Shown one piece after another: positions 11,584 through 23,253 of a stretch of DNA of 64,000 nt (the first letter of the stretch is position 1; the number at the start of each line of letters is the position of its first letter). Source of the stretch: Naegleria gruberi (lineage: Eukaryota); NCBI GenBank assembly GCA_000004985.1, contig GG738869.1. One strand, 5' to 3'. The notes under the pieces were generated by a model. That model did no database searches. It was given only the letters and a program-made list of their open reading frames with translations, and had not been told where the DNA came from. A program made the position numbers and the translations under genes.

Positions 11584-12604
11584 TTACAAAACCATACACT
11601 TTCCACCTTCCTTTGATTTCTTTCCGCTCTTCTTTTCTTCTTGTGGTGGTTCCAAATAAACAGCAATACACTTATTGAAAATCTCACGCAAACCATCTTG
11701 AGTTCTAGCAGAACATTCACCAAAATCAGCAGCACCAACTTCTTGTTTCATCATTTCACCTTCCTTTTGTGTGATTGGTTTTTGATCCTTTTCTTCGAGA
11801 ATTTTAATAAATTCTGGATCTTCACGAAGATCCTTCTTGGTACCAACCAAGACAATTGGTGTATCTGGACAGTGATGACGAACTTCTGGGACCCATTTGG
11901 CCTTGATATTTTCCAATGAACTTGGATTGACGATGGAGTAACTGTTGTTTTTGTTATCAATCATATCAACAAGGTGATATATATTATATTGTATATGTTA
12001 TTATTATTATCACATCATTGTCATCATCATTATCGTCGTGTATTGTATAATATTCGAGAGAGAATATTTTTAAAATCACAAAATTTGAATATTCGAAAAA
12101 CAACGCGCATGTAAATTTGTGATTATTATTGTTGTTATGGTCAGTGATTCGATCACATTAAATGTATATATATAAAGATGATACAATGGATGATAATATT
12201 GTTGTTGTTGTAAAAAGGTAAACATCATTGAATTATGCTTCTTTCGAATACTTACCAAGCCAAGAAAACGTTAGTATCAGGATAGGACAATGGTCTCAAA
12301 CGATCGTAATCTATATATTTTCAATAAAAGGCATAATTAGAATAAAATTATTAGAAAGTAAAAAACTAACCTTCTTGACCAGCTGTATCCCACAAACCAA
12401 GAGAAACGTTAATTTCCTTATATTTAACGTTAGCATTGTAATTGTCAAAAACTGTTGGAACGTAGTCCTCTGGGAAAGTCTATTGTTGTTGTTGATTAGT
12501 TTCGAATAGTTTCGAATAACGTACATTTGAAGCGAAAGAGATGAGAAGACATGTCTTACCGACAGCACCGTCACCTACTACTACACATTTAATTGATTCG
12601 TCCA
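11584..12604 (-). CDS. Rac/Rho-family small GTPase, 200 aa, 4 exons (12604..12524, 12478..12370, 12310..12256, 11941..11584)
   Basis: [27 protein letters not shown] | [36 protein letters not shown] | [19 protein letters not shown] | [38 protein letters not shown]...CMVL (CAAX box). Introns of 45, 59 and about 314 nt, all GT..AG. Confidence 0.85.
12001..12060. repeat. Trinucleotide (TTA/TCA/TCG) microsatellite inside Rac intron 3
   Basis: ttattattattatcacatcattgtcatcatcattatcgtcg. Confidence 0.6.
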
Positions 12605-13858
12605 TTGTTGTTGATGTATGTGTTGTTTATTTTGTTTTAATAAATAATTTGACGTTGATGGGGCGACGTATGGCATTTTCGTATTGACGGGTCAACTCGT
12701 CAGCCATAAGCCGTTACAATCTGCAGAGAACTTGGAAATTTAAGAGGTCCGAGTTCTGATGTTTGGTTGATTTAGTACAAATTCAATTAGTTTCTTGTGA
12801 TAATTTGTGGAGTGCTCTATTAGAATCTTTTAGATTCGAATAAATATTTGAAGGAAATGGCTTCGAAGGAGGTATGAGTCATTGTATTATTGAGACTGAG
12901 ATGGGTTATTATTGAAATGATGTTTGAGATTTTCAAGTAAACAGTTCTTTTATGAAACTTGGAACTTTTACAATACTTGTTGTAATTGTAGTTTAGAATA
13001 AAGTTTCCCTTCATTGAAAAGTTCAATTCCATTTCCTTTATTATTAAACACATAACAATGTCATTACTAGCAAAAATGATTCTTTGTTAACAATTTTCAA
13101 ACTTTTCAATTAAACAACCAAATATTCATACGAAAGTCCTACTTTAATTTGAAAAGCATCAGCTTTTAAGATAGATTTTTATGATAGATTGAATAATCTG
13201 GCAATTAATGTAATTTGACCTTATTCAAAAATATAATCAAATTTCATTGTTGATGAAACAGAGAGTACAATGTACTGTAATTAGGTCAAAATTCCTAGAT
13301 CCAATCAGTCTGCACAAACACCTATTTTATTTTTCCCGCCCATTTTTCATCATAATTCACGCCTTTGAAATCAACTGGATAACAAATCAGGGCAGTAAAT
13401 TCATCTTCTTACTATTCCACAATTGATATTTTGTAAAATAATTGTAATAAATGGTATTTACATTTTACAATAGGTTTTTTGAGTTTCTCCTAAAAAGTCA
13501 ATCTATTGCGTTTTTTAAATTAGGAGTGATAAAGACAACTTTTTCAATTTCGGCCTTTAGTTTCCTCGTTAATTTGATCAAAGAAGGATTTCTCTCGTCT
13601 TGTTTCAAACACGAAAAAATTCGAACAGTGCTATTCGAAAGGTTGTTAACAAACCATAAGAAAAAATTGATATCTCATCATTTGTTTGAAATTAAAGTTT
13701 CTATCAGATATTCGAATACATTCGAATAACAATAATTGATCTGAATTTCTAGAACTGTCCCAAATAGTTGGGTGGTAAAGCCCTTAAATCAAGAAATTTT
13801 TCTATCTGCTGCAAAGTTTAGCATAAATTCCCAGCCATCAACATCAAACATCAAAAAA

Positions 13859-16800
13859 ATGTCATCGCCAAGTGCCGACTGTTCAGAAGGAGTAAACAAT
13901 CTTTTGATGAGTAGCAGCACAACAACAATAACGGAGGAGCAACAACCAACAAATTCCATTGAACCAAATGATGCTCCAACAAATGCTGATGAGAAAGTAG
14001 AAGAATCTTCTTCATCATCCAAAACTATTACAACAGATAGTAGTAATACAACAATAACAATAACAACAACTCAACTTCATGAGACAATAACATTGACTCA
14101 ATCAACTTTATCTCAACAAGCAGTAGAAGAACAACAAACAGCAAATAATCAACTTGTTGCCAACAATACTTCCACTACAACAACAACAACTACAGAAGAA
14201 GAAAATGGCGCCATTTTACAACCAAGAGGTTCTGTTGTTGTTCTGATGAATGCGCCATCACACCACGACAGAATCAATAGCAGCACGAGTGAAGATGATG
14301 ACAATGGTGATGATAATATTGTATTTGAATCACGTACGGCTACTACGACTCCAGAGCACATTGATACAACAACAAACCCATTTGTAACAGGTGTTGTTTT
14401 TAATAATATTATTGAGAATAGTGATGAGACAATTAATAATAATAATAATAACAATGATGATGATAATAATAATAATAATACAACAACAAATGAATATCAT
14501 GTTGATGTTGATGATGATGATACAAATAATAATAACAATGAACAAATAACAGAGGAACAAGATCAATCATATCAAGATGTTGTTATGACTCCAACATATA
14601 ATGTTCAACAACAACAACAACAAACATTTACAACCTATGATCGTAATGACTTGTTGTTAAATGTTGATGATTCACAACTTCCTTTGTGGATGAGATTGGA
14701 AGAACGATTAAATGTACACCCAGAGGCAAAACCTGTTCATTATCCACTTCCACCTTCTGTTAGAGTTGCCAGTAGTCATCCAGAATTACAACAATCCAAG
14801 TATCCACACTTGCAAGAGTATCATCGTCAATTTTATGAGCCATTTACTGTTCTTGAGAGAGAAGATCCATACTCTTTCAAATCTGTACAATTCAAACCAC
14901 TTGAAAACCATCCAACCTCTCATATCTCTCACAATTCAGCATCCTTGAACAATTCATCCTCTGCCAATTTACTTACACTCACATTGACAAATCCAAATAT
15001 ACAATCTAGCGGTAATGGAAAGAGTATTGTTGATTCTTTCTTTAAAGCTTTATATCATCTTGATTCTATGGCTTCAAACAGTCAACTAGGAAAAGATCAA
15101 GTTCATGTAATTCAAAATGGAAATGGTAGTGCTAGTGCATCTCTCAATGACTTGTCAAACGATTCATCACATGATGAAACATCAGAAGTTGGTTCATCAC
15201 TCTCTCCACTCAAGGGATCACTTAAAAATTTGAAGGAACAAGAAGGTCTCGATGGAAAGAGAAAAGGAAGCATTTTCGCTTTGAAATTTAAACATCAAGC
15301 ACAAGCTTCTTCTTCTGATAATTCTAAAATTATGAGTACTTCAACTCAAAATCCAAAAATGCTTTTGGATGGTTATGATTCTCTTGAAGTCAACACATCA
15401 GATTTGGAATCTCACAATGATCAATCGTCTGATGTAAATAGAAATGAATCACAAACACCTGTTAGTACTACTTCAGGCGCTCCTGGAGGCAGTGATCCTA
15501 ACCAAGTACAAGAAGAAGATACTGAAGAACAATATCTTAAAAAGTTGAGTTTGGTTGAATTTTCCAAACATTGTAGTGCCAAGAGACGTGTAAAACAATT
15601 TGATTTCCTTTCTGGAGATTCCACTTTTGATAAACCTCCTCTCATTAGTAAGAAAATTCCATCCAATATGAGCCTTGCTTCTCCAACTGGTGAAGAGAAA
15701 CCTCCAGTTGTTTCTGAAGATGGTAAATTGAACATTTCTGATACTGAAATACTTCCAGAATCAACCACTCGTCTTATGAGTTGTCTCAAACCAAACTTTA
15801 AATATAGACCTATAGAAACATCAATGTGTTTCCGTCAACCACAAAATCAAGCTAGCTTGGCATATCCTATCAAGAAGAGAACACAACTAGTTATTTCATG
15901 TCATACACCACCAAAATTCGAAAGACCTGTTTCTGAAATTCACTACTTCTCAATGGCTCTTTATGATTTGGAGAGGGGTTCTAAAATTAGTGAAGATTTC
16001 CACTTCCATTTCCTTTTGAAGGAACAAATTGAAACTCTTTCTCCTTGGGTTCAAAATTATTTAAAGACTATGGCATCAGCACTTCCAGTTAAACCAGTTC
16101 AACAACCACTCATGTCTCCTCGTTCAGGTGAAAATGGTCAACCTCAAGTTCAACACGAAGAACAAAAGGCATTATTCACTATTACTTATCCAAATGATCA
16201 AATATATTTGGTTATTCAAGTATATCGTTTACCAACTGGAAGTATGAAGGATGCTCTTAAACTCTACAAGAGGGACACCAAACAATCAGAAATTAATGAT
16301 GTTGAAAAACAATACAATGAACTCAAACAACAAGTTGCTCACTTTAGACAAGCCATTCTCTTTGGATATACTCCATTATTCAGCAAGAGAGGTAATGTTT
16401 ATCAATTGACCTCTACAAAGTATGAGCTCAAACCAATGTATTCTATTGAAGGATTTGATTTCAAGACTCCTTTCGATGCCATGACCATGATTAGGACTAT
16501 TCAAAAGGAAAAGAAATTGAAGAATATTACACAAATTGATGGTGGATTTTTATTGAGAGCAGAAATTTTGAAAAATCACTCGAATGCCAACAAACAACCT
16601 AAACATAATAGACATCGTTCTATCGAGCACAATCTTCATCCAATTATTGGATCATCAGGTAATAGTGCATCTTTAGTGACTAGTCCACAAAGTTATGAAA
16701 ATCAACTTACTGATGAAAGTGGTAATTTATTAGTTTCAAATGGAGTTTCATCATCACTTTCAAGCTCTTCACCATCTCCACTCTCTCCATCCAACTCACT

Positions 16801-19800
16801 TCTTAAGGAACGTTTAATGAATGATTTGGGAAGATCGGATTCAATGCCTAGTAGTCCTCTTAAGGGTATGATTGATCATGAAAAGACTGCCCACGATGAT
16901 GAAAATAGCCTTGAAACTGACTTGATTAGAGTTCAAGAACTTCCAATTCAACTCTCCAAATATCCAAACATGGAGGTTCTCAATCACTTCTTCTTTAATC
17001 CAATTGTTGCCCAATTCGAAAAGACATTTGGTGGAAAGAATATTTTCTGTGAGGTATTGTATCGTGAGTCTGATTCTGAAGTTGTGAATGAAACAACTGG
17101 TCAAGTTAATGCAGAGCCAAGAATCATGACTAGGTTCAGTAGAAATTCATCTAAATATGATTTCTCATGTGTTTCGTATGATGAAGAGAAGCAGCCACAC
17201 TTTTACGATGAGTTCAAGATTGATATTCCTTGTGAACCAAGGAGGGATCAACACGTTTTGGTTGTTTTCTATCACTTGGATGTAGATAATAAGAAGTCTA
17301 AAAAGTTGAACTATGTGAGTGGTGCTAATGACATTAGAAAGGAAGATTTTGGAACTTCTCACAGAGCTGTTCTTGGGTATGCTTTCATGGAATTGAACGA
17401 TAGCAAGAAGTTTGATAGCGAAGGCTACTCAATGTTCCCTCAATTCCGTAAACATACCTTCCCTGATGAAATTACTATTTACAAAGAACTTCCAGCCAAT
17501 TATTTGAAGGACTCTGAAGAAAAATTGAAGAATCTCAAGATTGGTAAATTGAAAGTTAGATCCCATTTGGTTACAACCATTGATCCATCTGATGAAATTA
17601 TTACCCTCTTCTTCTCCACAATGTATGATTTACAAAATGTTCCAGATTATCAAAAACCACAAGTCTTAACCTTCTTATGTGACTATGTCTTCCCTCAATT
17701 CAACAAGATTGATTTCAAGGTATTCATGCCACATTTACCAGTTGTTTTGAATATGCTGTTTGGTTTAATGGCAAGAGTTTCTGCCATGCTTCAAGCAAGT
17801 GCTGTTTCTTACATTATTGAAAAGGTTGAAATTGCAACATTTGAACAAATTTTGGTTTGCTTGCGTGGTTGTTATCACTTCCTCAGTGAGACCAATCCAG
17901 AGAATGAATCACACTCTAGGCTCAATGTTTTCTTCTCCAGTTACACCAAATATATTCTTACTGAACCAAAAGGAGCTAAATATCCATTGTTTAGTATCTT
18001 GTTGAGATTGATGGCTGAATATTTGGAAGTTCCAGAAACTGAAAAGATGGCTCCTGCCAAGGGTTCAGACTATCTCAATGATTTGAGTCAAATGGTAAAG
18101 AAATCTCGTCAAAAGAAGGAAAATATGGACAATGTCAAGCAACAAATTGACCAGAGAAGAAATCAACTTTCAGAACACGATCCAATTCGTTTCTCCTGGT
18201 TCATTTTTGATGTTATTATCAAATCAATGACTATTTTCTTCAATGAAAAGGCAAAGAAGGAAGACAGTGCTTCACAAAGAAGAAGACGTATTTCTGCTCA
18301 TGATGAACACGAGTTGGACTATCCAATTTCTGATAGACACATTTTAAACAGATTGAGACAGCTCACTGATAACATGGTTGTTCGTATCTACAAGTTATTA
18401 CTTGCCAGTGGTATTGGTCGTCAAAATATTGGTATTGGTGGTAACAGAAATTTGGCTCTCTTCTTACGTGATCTCATTCCATTCATTCCAGACAAACAAC
18501 TCTACATTGAACACTTGATTGATCGTTACTTCCAAAGTTTGGATGGTATTGATGAACGTAAATTGAGACTTAAAGCAGAATTTATTGCCATCTTGACTGA
18601 TTACGATTATTACATTCCATTCAATTTGCACTTGTTACGTCTCTTTTCTAAGGGAGAAGGAGATTCTGTCGAATCCACAGCTACAACCACAGAGGAAAAT
18701 GCTGAATACTTGATGAGCCAAGAAGTCAACTCAAAGCAAGTTACCTTCTCTTCAATTTTGATTGAATTATTCTACGATGTTGTAAAGAGTGGTAATGACA
18801 AGTTGCTTATCAAAATTTCAAAGATTTTATTGGATCACTTCTGTAAATTAGACTATGATAGCAGATACCAAGAAGACTCTAGAAGAGCTATTGTTACTGG
18901 ATTGTACATTGAATTTGTTGATAGATTCCTCGAAAATGATGAAAATCTTACTCGTTTCAAGAATGACGAGATTTATGTAGTTCTCTCTTCATGTATCATG
19001 TGGATTTTGAGAGGTTTATCAAAGGACAAGTTGTTACGTTGGTGGAAGTCTCGTCCATTCTACGTAATGCTCAATTTGATTACCTTCTTGGAACATACCA
19101 CTGTTGCCTTTAACAATTTGGACTTTTCAGGAAAGATGACTGACGACAGTATTCTTCGTACTGAAATTGCTTGTATTACAAGTTATTTGATATCAACACT
19201 CCTTTCTAATAGAAGTTTATTCGATGAAATTTTACCAGAATTGAAAACCCAAGATGAAAACATTCAAATGTTGGAGAATATCCAAATTACCGATATTGTC
19301 TTGCAACGTCAACAGCAAATTGCTGACTTGTTCGAAGCAAAGAGCGTCAGGACTCAACCACACACAGTTGCCTTATTCTTTAGACGTATTTCACACTTGT
19401 TGTTAAACTTTATTCTTCAACTTACTTTAAGGTCTGATTCTGCACATTGCCACTTGATCTTTAGACAATGTGTATTGCCTCTTGTGAGAGATATGACTGA
19501 TCAATTGGTTGTTTCTGAATTGTACGATGACTCCATTCCAAAGAGAGAAAGAGTTCCTCCAGTTCAAAAGAAGCATGTCGAACAAAAATGGCGTTGGTTG
19601 CTTGGTTCTGTTATTCTTCACTGGAGCTTTAATCCAAAACTTGAGAACCAAATCCACGACCTTGTTCGTGCATCCCTTGAATTGCTCTTGAGACCTATGG
19701 AAAAGATCTTGAAAGAAAAGCAAACAAATGCAACAGGTCAAGCTGATGAAGATGGAGATGTCATTCTCGATGAAGATGGTACTATTCGTGCTGCCACATT

Positions 19801-21064
19801 CAACAAGCTTGTTGAAAGAATGTTGGAAATTAACATTTCTGAAGGTGATTCTGAAGAACATGGTAAATTCAAACACATTTTCCAAATTACCTATGGTTCT
19901 TTCACAACACCTCTCGAATTGTTGACCATTTTATCTACACTCTACCAAACTCCTAACCCTAATCAAAACATTATCAGAATTCGTGTTGAACAATTCTTGT
20001 GTGATTGGATTCGTGACAGTTTCCACGAATTTGATAACCTTGTCATTGCTGAACTTGTAAGATTCTTAATTGTCAATGATCGTGACTTGAAGACTAACAC
20101 CAAGAAGAAGATTCGTCGTTATGCCATCAAGAACTTGCTCAACTTTAAACAAGAACATATCAAACAAAAGGGTGTTCAAGATTGTTTACCACAACTTCCA
20201 AAAGGTATTTTATTCGAAGAGTTAGAAAAACCAGTAGTTGACATTAAGGAATGGAGAATTAAAAAGTCACAAAGAAAGAATTATAAGAATCCATTCGATA
20301 GATCATTCGACTTGTTGGCTTGGCCACCAGTAGAAATTGCAAGACAAATGACACTCATTGATGCCAAGTTATTCAGAAAGATTGAAGCAAGAGAGTTCTT
20401 CGACAATGCTTGGGCTGATAAGGATTACAAGTATGAACTCGCTCCAACAATTTGTGCAATCACTGATCGTACTAATAGTATTTCCTATTGGGTTCGTAAC
20501 AGAATTCTCATGGAAACCAATCCAGAAAATCGTAAGAAGGTCTACAAGAGATTCTTGGATATCATGCGTGAATTGTACTTGATGAATAACTTTACATCTG
20601 TGATGGCTATTTCATCTGGTCTTAACTCTGCTCCAATCTCTAGATTGAGGGCTGCAAAGGAAGGTATCAGTAAGGACGATGTACAACTTATTGAAGATTG
20701 TGGAAACTTGTTCCAACAAAACTATTCACTCATGAGAAAGAGATTGGAAAGCTTGAGCATTGAAAGATCTCCTTGTATTCCTTTCACTGGTGCCTTCTTG
20801 ACCGATGTCACCTTCACTAAAGATGGTAACCAAGATTTTATTGACCACGTTTCTAATCCAGATAAGAAATTGGTCAACTTTAAGAAGAGACGTACCTATT
20901 ATAAGACTATCAGAACTGTTCAAGATTTAAAGACATCTCTTCACTATCCATTCAAACCAATTCCATTCTTGGAATATATTTTGAAGGAAGATATCTTCCA
21001 CAACCTTAACAATGATGATAAGGAATTGTATAATTTATCCATTAAAGTGGAACCAAGAAAATAA
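13859..21064 (+). CDS. Giant Ras guanine-nucleotide exchange factor (RasGEF_N + Cdc25-homology catalytic domain) with long poly-N/T/Q low-complexity N-terminus, about 2400 aa, intronless
   Basis: First ATG at 13859 (MSSPSADCSEG); the tracked ORF begins at a GTG at 13772. RasGEF_N-like ILDEDGTIRAATFNKLVERMLE. Cdc25 domain WPPVEIARQMTLIDAKLFRKIEAREF...FTSVMAISSGLNS...PCIPFTGAFLTDVTFTKDGN. Stop at 21062-21064. Confidence 0.85.
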   Translation: MSSPSADCSEGVNNLLMSSSTTTITEEQQPTNSIEPNDAPTNADEKVEESSSSSKTITTDSSNTTITITTTQLHETITLTQSTLSQQAVEEQQTANNQLVANNTSTTTTTTTEEENGAILQPRGSVVVLMNAPSHHDRINSSTSEDDDNGDDNIVFESRTATTTPEHIDTTTNPFVTGVVFNNIIENSDETINNNNNNNDDDNNNNNTTTNEYHVDVDDDDTNNNNNEQITEEQDQSYQDVVMTPTYNVQQQQQQTFTTYDRNDLLLNVDDSQLPLWMRLEERLNVHPEAKPVHYPLPPSVRVASSHPELQQSKYPHLQEYHRQFYEPFTVLEREDPYSFKSVQFKPLENHPTSHISHNSASLNNSSSANLLTLTLTNPNIQSSGNGKSIVDSFFKALYHLDSMASNSQLGKDQVHVIQNGNGSASASLNDLSNDSSHDETSEVGSSLSPLKGSLKNLKEQEGLDGKRKGSIFALKFKHQAQASSSDNSKIMSTSTQNPKMLLDGYDSLEVNTSDLESHNDQSSDVNRNESQTPVSTTSGAPGGSDPNQVQEEDTEEQYLKKLSLVEFSKHCSAKRRVKQFDFLSGDSTFDKPPLISKKIPSNMSLASPTGEEKPPVVSEDGKLNISDTEILPESTTRLMSCLKPNFKYRPIETSMCFRQPQNQASLAYPIKKRTQLVISCHTPPKFERPVSEIHYFSMALYDLERGSKISEDFHFHFLLKEQIETLSPWVQNYLKTMASALPVKPVQQPLMSPRSGENGQPQVQHEEQKALFTITYPNDQIYLVIQVYRLPTGSMKDALKLYKRDTKQSEINDVEKQYNELKQQVAHFRQAILFGYTPLFSKRGNVYQLTSTKYELKPMYSIEGFDFKTPFDAMTMIRTIQKEKKLKNITQIDGGFLLRAEILKNHSNANKQPKHNRHRSIEHNLHPIIGSSGNSASLVTSPQSYENQLTDESGNLLVSNGVSSSLSSSSPSPLSPSNSLLKERLMNDLGRSDSMPSSPLKGMIDHEKTAHDDENSLETDLIRVQELPIQLSKYPNMEVLNHFFFNPIVAQFEKTFGGKNIFCEVLYRESDSEVVNETTGQVNAEPRIMTRFSRNSSKYDFSCVSYDEEKQPHFYDEFKIDIPCEPRRDQHVLVVFYHLDVDNKKSKKLNYVSGANDIRKEDFGTSHRAVLGYAFMELNDSKKFDSEGYSMFPQFRKHTFPDEITIYKELPANYLKDSEEKLKNLKIGKLKVRSHLVTTIDPSDEIITLFFSTMYDLQNVPDYQKPQVLTFLCDYVFPQFNKIDFKVFMPHLPVVLNMLFGLMARVSAMLQASAVSYIIEKVEIATFEQILVCLRGCYHFLSETNPENESHSRLNVFFSSYTKYILTEPKGAKYPLFSILLRLMAEYLEVPETEKMAPAKGSDYLNDLSQMVKKSRQKKENMDNVKQQIDQRRNQLSEHDPIRFSWFIFDVIIKSMTIFFNEKAKKEDSASQRRRRISAHDEHELDYPISDRHILNRLRQLTDNMVVRIYKLLLASGIGRQNIGIGGNRNLALFLRDLIPFIPDKQLYIEHLIDRYFQSLDGIDERKLRLKAEFIAILTDYDYYIPFNLHLLRLFSKGEGDSVESTATTTEENAEYLMSQEVNSKQVTFSSILIELFYDVVKSGNDKLLIKISKILLDHFCKLDYDSRYQEDSRRAIVTGLYIEFVDRFLENDENLTRFKNDEIYVVLSSCIMWILRGLSKDKLLRWWKSRPFYVMLNLITFLEHTTVAFNNLDFSGKMTDDSILRTEIACITSYLISTLLSNRSLFDEILPELKTQDENIQMLENIQITDIVLQRQQQIADLFEAKSVRTQPHTVALFFRRISHLLLNFILQLTLRSDSAHCHLIFRQCVLPLVRDMTDQLVVSELYDDSIPKRERVPPVQKKHVEQKWRWLLGSVILHWSFNPKLENQIHDLVRASLELLLRPMEKILKEKQTNATGQADEDGDVILDEDGTIRAATFNKLVERMLEINISEGDSEEHGKFKHIFQITYGSFTTPLELLTILSTLYQTPNPNQNIIRIRVEQFLCDWIRDSFHEFDNLVIAELVRFLIVNDRDLKTNTKKKIRRYAIKNLLNFKQEHIKQKGVQDCLPQLPKGILFEELEKPVVDIKEWRIKKSQRKNYKNPFDRSFDLLAWPPVEIARQMTLIDAKLFRKIEAREFFDNAWADKDYKYELAPTICAITDRTNSISYWVRNRILMETNPENRKKVYKRFLDIMRELYLMNNFTSVMAISSGLNSAPISRLRAAKEGISKDDVQLIEDCGNLFQQNYSLMRKRLESLSIERSPCIPFTGAFLTDVTFTKDGNQDFIDHVSNPDKKLVNFKKRRTYYKTIRTVQDLKTSLHYPFKPIPFLEYILKEDIFHNLNNDDKELYNLSIKVEPRK
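14436..14545. repeat. AAT/GAT trinucleotide tract (coding poly-Asn/Asp) within the RasGEF gene
   Basis: aataataataataataacaatgatgatgataataataataataat...; translates NNNNNNNDDDNNNNN. Confidence 0.8.
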
Positions 21065-21088
21065 ATGTAAATAAAATTTTTATTCACA

Positions 21089-22314
21089 TCAATATACCAT
21101 GATGTCATTTGGAGCTAATTACATCAATTACAAAGCTGGTTTTCCAGACCAAACAGTCTTACCCAATCCACATTCACCTCTTCCTCTTGCAATCCAAAAG
21201 TAACCATCAAGTCCCCAATCTTGTTTCAAACATTTTGATTAATACTTGATAAACGACAATAAAATAGAAAACAAACCTTCTCCCCATGAATTAGCACAAA
21301 TCCAATAAGGAAGTTTTGAAGCAGAATCAACTCCCCATCTATTATAGAGTTATTTCACAATTTTGCAACAATATAAAAAAACATACCCAACAATCTTGAT
21401 GGCATGTGCACCAACCATTCTTCCAGAAACGTGATGATAAACGCCAGATTTATAACTGAAAAAGTCCTTATAAACAATCATAGTTGCTTGCAAAGGCCCA
21501 TTGGCTTTCAAATCTGCCATCATGTCAACCATTCCTTTAAGTTTTCTAGCAGATTTGACTTTGTAAAATGGTGACTTTTCTCCACTGACTGCACAAGATT
21601 TTATATTGCAAGCAGGGACTGCTCCTCCAAAGGAAACATAAGGAACACATTGCTCACTTGCAGTTCCAACTGCAGCAAGGAATCTCCAAGTTGCTACTAA
21701 GAAACCACCTGTTATATCATTGAGCTTTTTATGAAAACTTTGTTAGTATTCGAAACCTACCTCTACAACCATTATTTTGTCCACTGCATGATAGCATGAA
21801 TTGTGGAGATAAATCAACATTTATTCTCCTTCCACTTACAATGCAGAATCTTTGAAATTTTTCATTAATTATAATAATTATAGATTGCTTACCTGTCAGC
21901 TAATGAACTACTTGCCTATCGAACAAGATTAATTTGTCTCATTCAAAACTAATTACAACTTACCGAAAACTATTCATATACCATTCAATTCACTTTGTTA
22001 AATCTCAAGAACAAGCTCCAAGTAACTTTTCCATCAGTTGCAACATTATCCGATCACACTTTGATACTTACATGTGCCAACTCTGCAATACTTTTATCCT
22101 TAAATCTTGGATATTCAACTGCTTGCCAAGCTGCTGCGGGCATTGAATTAATACTCTGGACAAATTCTGCAGTTTGAACTGGTAATTGAGTCCAATCAGC
22201 ATGTTCTTCATCATTAGCCATGGAAACAACCATCAAATTTAATAAAGCGAGCATCATCATGATGATGATCATCGCCTTACTAATTTCTTTCTTTTTTACT
22301 AACAAACACTTCAT
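21089..22314 (-). CDS. Cathepsin B-like papain-family (C1) cysteine protease with signal peptide; multi-exon (about 6 exons)
   Basis: ATG at 22314 (MKCLLVKKK..MMLALLNLMVVSMA). Exon 1 ends with donor GTAAGT at about 22071. Middle exon TGGFLVATWRFLAAVGTASEQCVPY...CNIKSCAVSGEKSPFYKVKSARK. 3' exons GPLQATMIVYKDFFSYKSGVYHHVSGRMVGAHAIKIVG|WGVDSASKLPYWICANSWGE|DWGLDGYFWIARGRGECGL|APNDIMVY, stop at 21089-21091. The stop lies only 25 bp from the RasGEF stop (convergent). Confidence 0.7.
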
Positions 22315-22503
22315 TATCCTTAATTTTCCAGCACACAGGGTGATTCGAGGTTTTTGTTTCTTGTGAGATAATTGTTCATCTCATAATTATCCTCCTCCAC
22401 TTATTACTGTATGTCCTGGAAAATTACTGCTTATTGTAGAGGTGGGGAGTTTGAAACTCCTAAAGAACCTAGCCAACTCCTCTCAATATTTCAACATAAA
22501 TGG

Positions 22504-23253
22504 TTATTTATTTACAAACAGTTTTCTCCATCTTTCCATAAACACTTTCCAATTATTGAATTGCTCCTCTATTCCTGCACTGATTTCAATAATGCAATCA
22601 TTATCCTCAGTAAGAACAGAAAATGGTGAAAGAGCTTTTTTAACCTTAACTATTTTTGAGCCGAAATTGAACTTTCCCTTTTTGATTCTCTCCTCCAAAC
22701 TTTCATTGTAAGTAAAATTGGGATGAAACATTATTCTAAGACTTCCTCTTTGTTTTAAAACTTGCAAATGTCCCTTAATCTTTGCATTCATCATTCACAA
22801 ATGGGCTCATTTCTTTTTCATTGTAATTTTCATTGTAAATATTTTGTAAATCTTGGTTGCGAAATCGTTTGTTGTTTTTTCGTATTGTTGGTCCAGGCAA
22901 ACATTGGCAAATTGGTTGATTTTCATTCTAAGGTTACTGGCTAGAAATTCTATCATCAAAGATGACAAACGAATATCATCCTTGTTTTTGGACTCTATAA
23001 ATGTCAATACTCTTCCTTTCTTAATGTATTCCTCTCTATCATCGTATTTGTTGCTAGGGAATGTTGGGGCAAAGGAACAAGCAATCGGACATGAATTTGC
23101 TTTTTCATCAATGTTATAATCCTCAACCTTAGGATACATGTACACGAAAGAATCATCTTTAGAAAGACCTAACTTTTTCATCTGTTCATTAAACGTAGTA
23201 ACAGACAGTTTTAATTTTGTCCATTTTCTCTTGCTGATCAGATTTATAATCAT
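22504..23253 (-). CDS. Hypothetical protein encoded as two adjacent ORFs (22807..23253 and 22504..22794) separated by a stop or frameshift; possible pseudogene or unresolved splice
   Basis: 148-aa and 96-aa ORFs lie head-to-tail on the minus strand with about 12 nt and a stop between them. No convincing GT..AG intron links them. No domain recognised. Confidence 0.3.

Noticed and set aside
12640-12760. Considered as a 5S rRNA or snRNA gene
   Set aside because: No match by eye to 5S conserved blocks or to U1/U2/U4/U5/U6 signature sequences on either strand. Retained only as a low-interest regulatory candidate.
14149-14566. Antisense ORFs of 101 and 78 aa rich in Ile/Leu
   Set aside because: They are opposite the RasGEF poly-Asn coding tract. 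AAT repeats read antisense as ATT (Ile), so these are artefacts.
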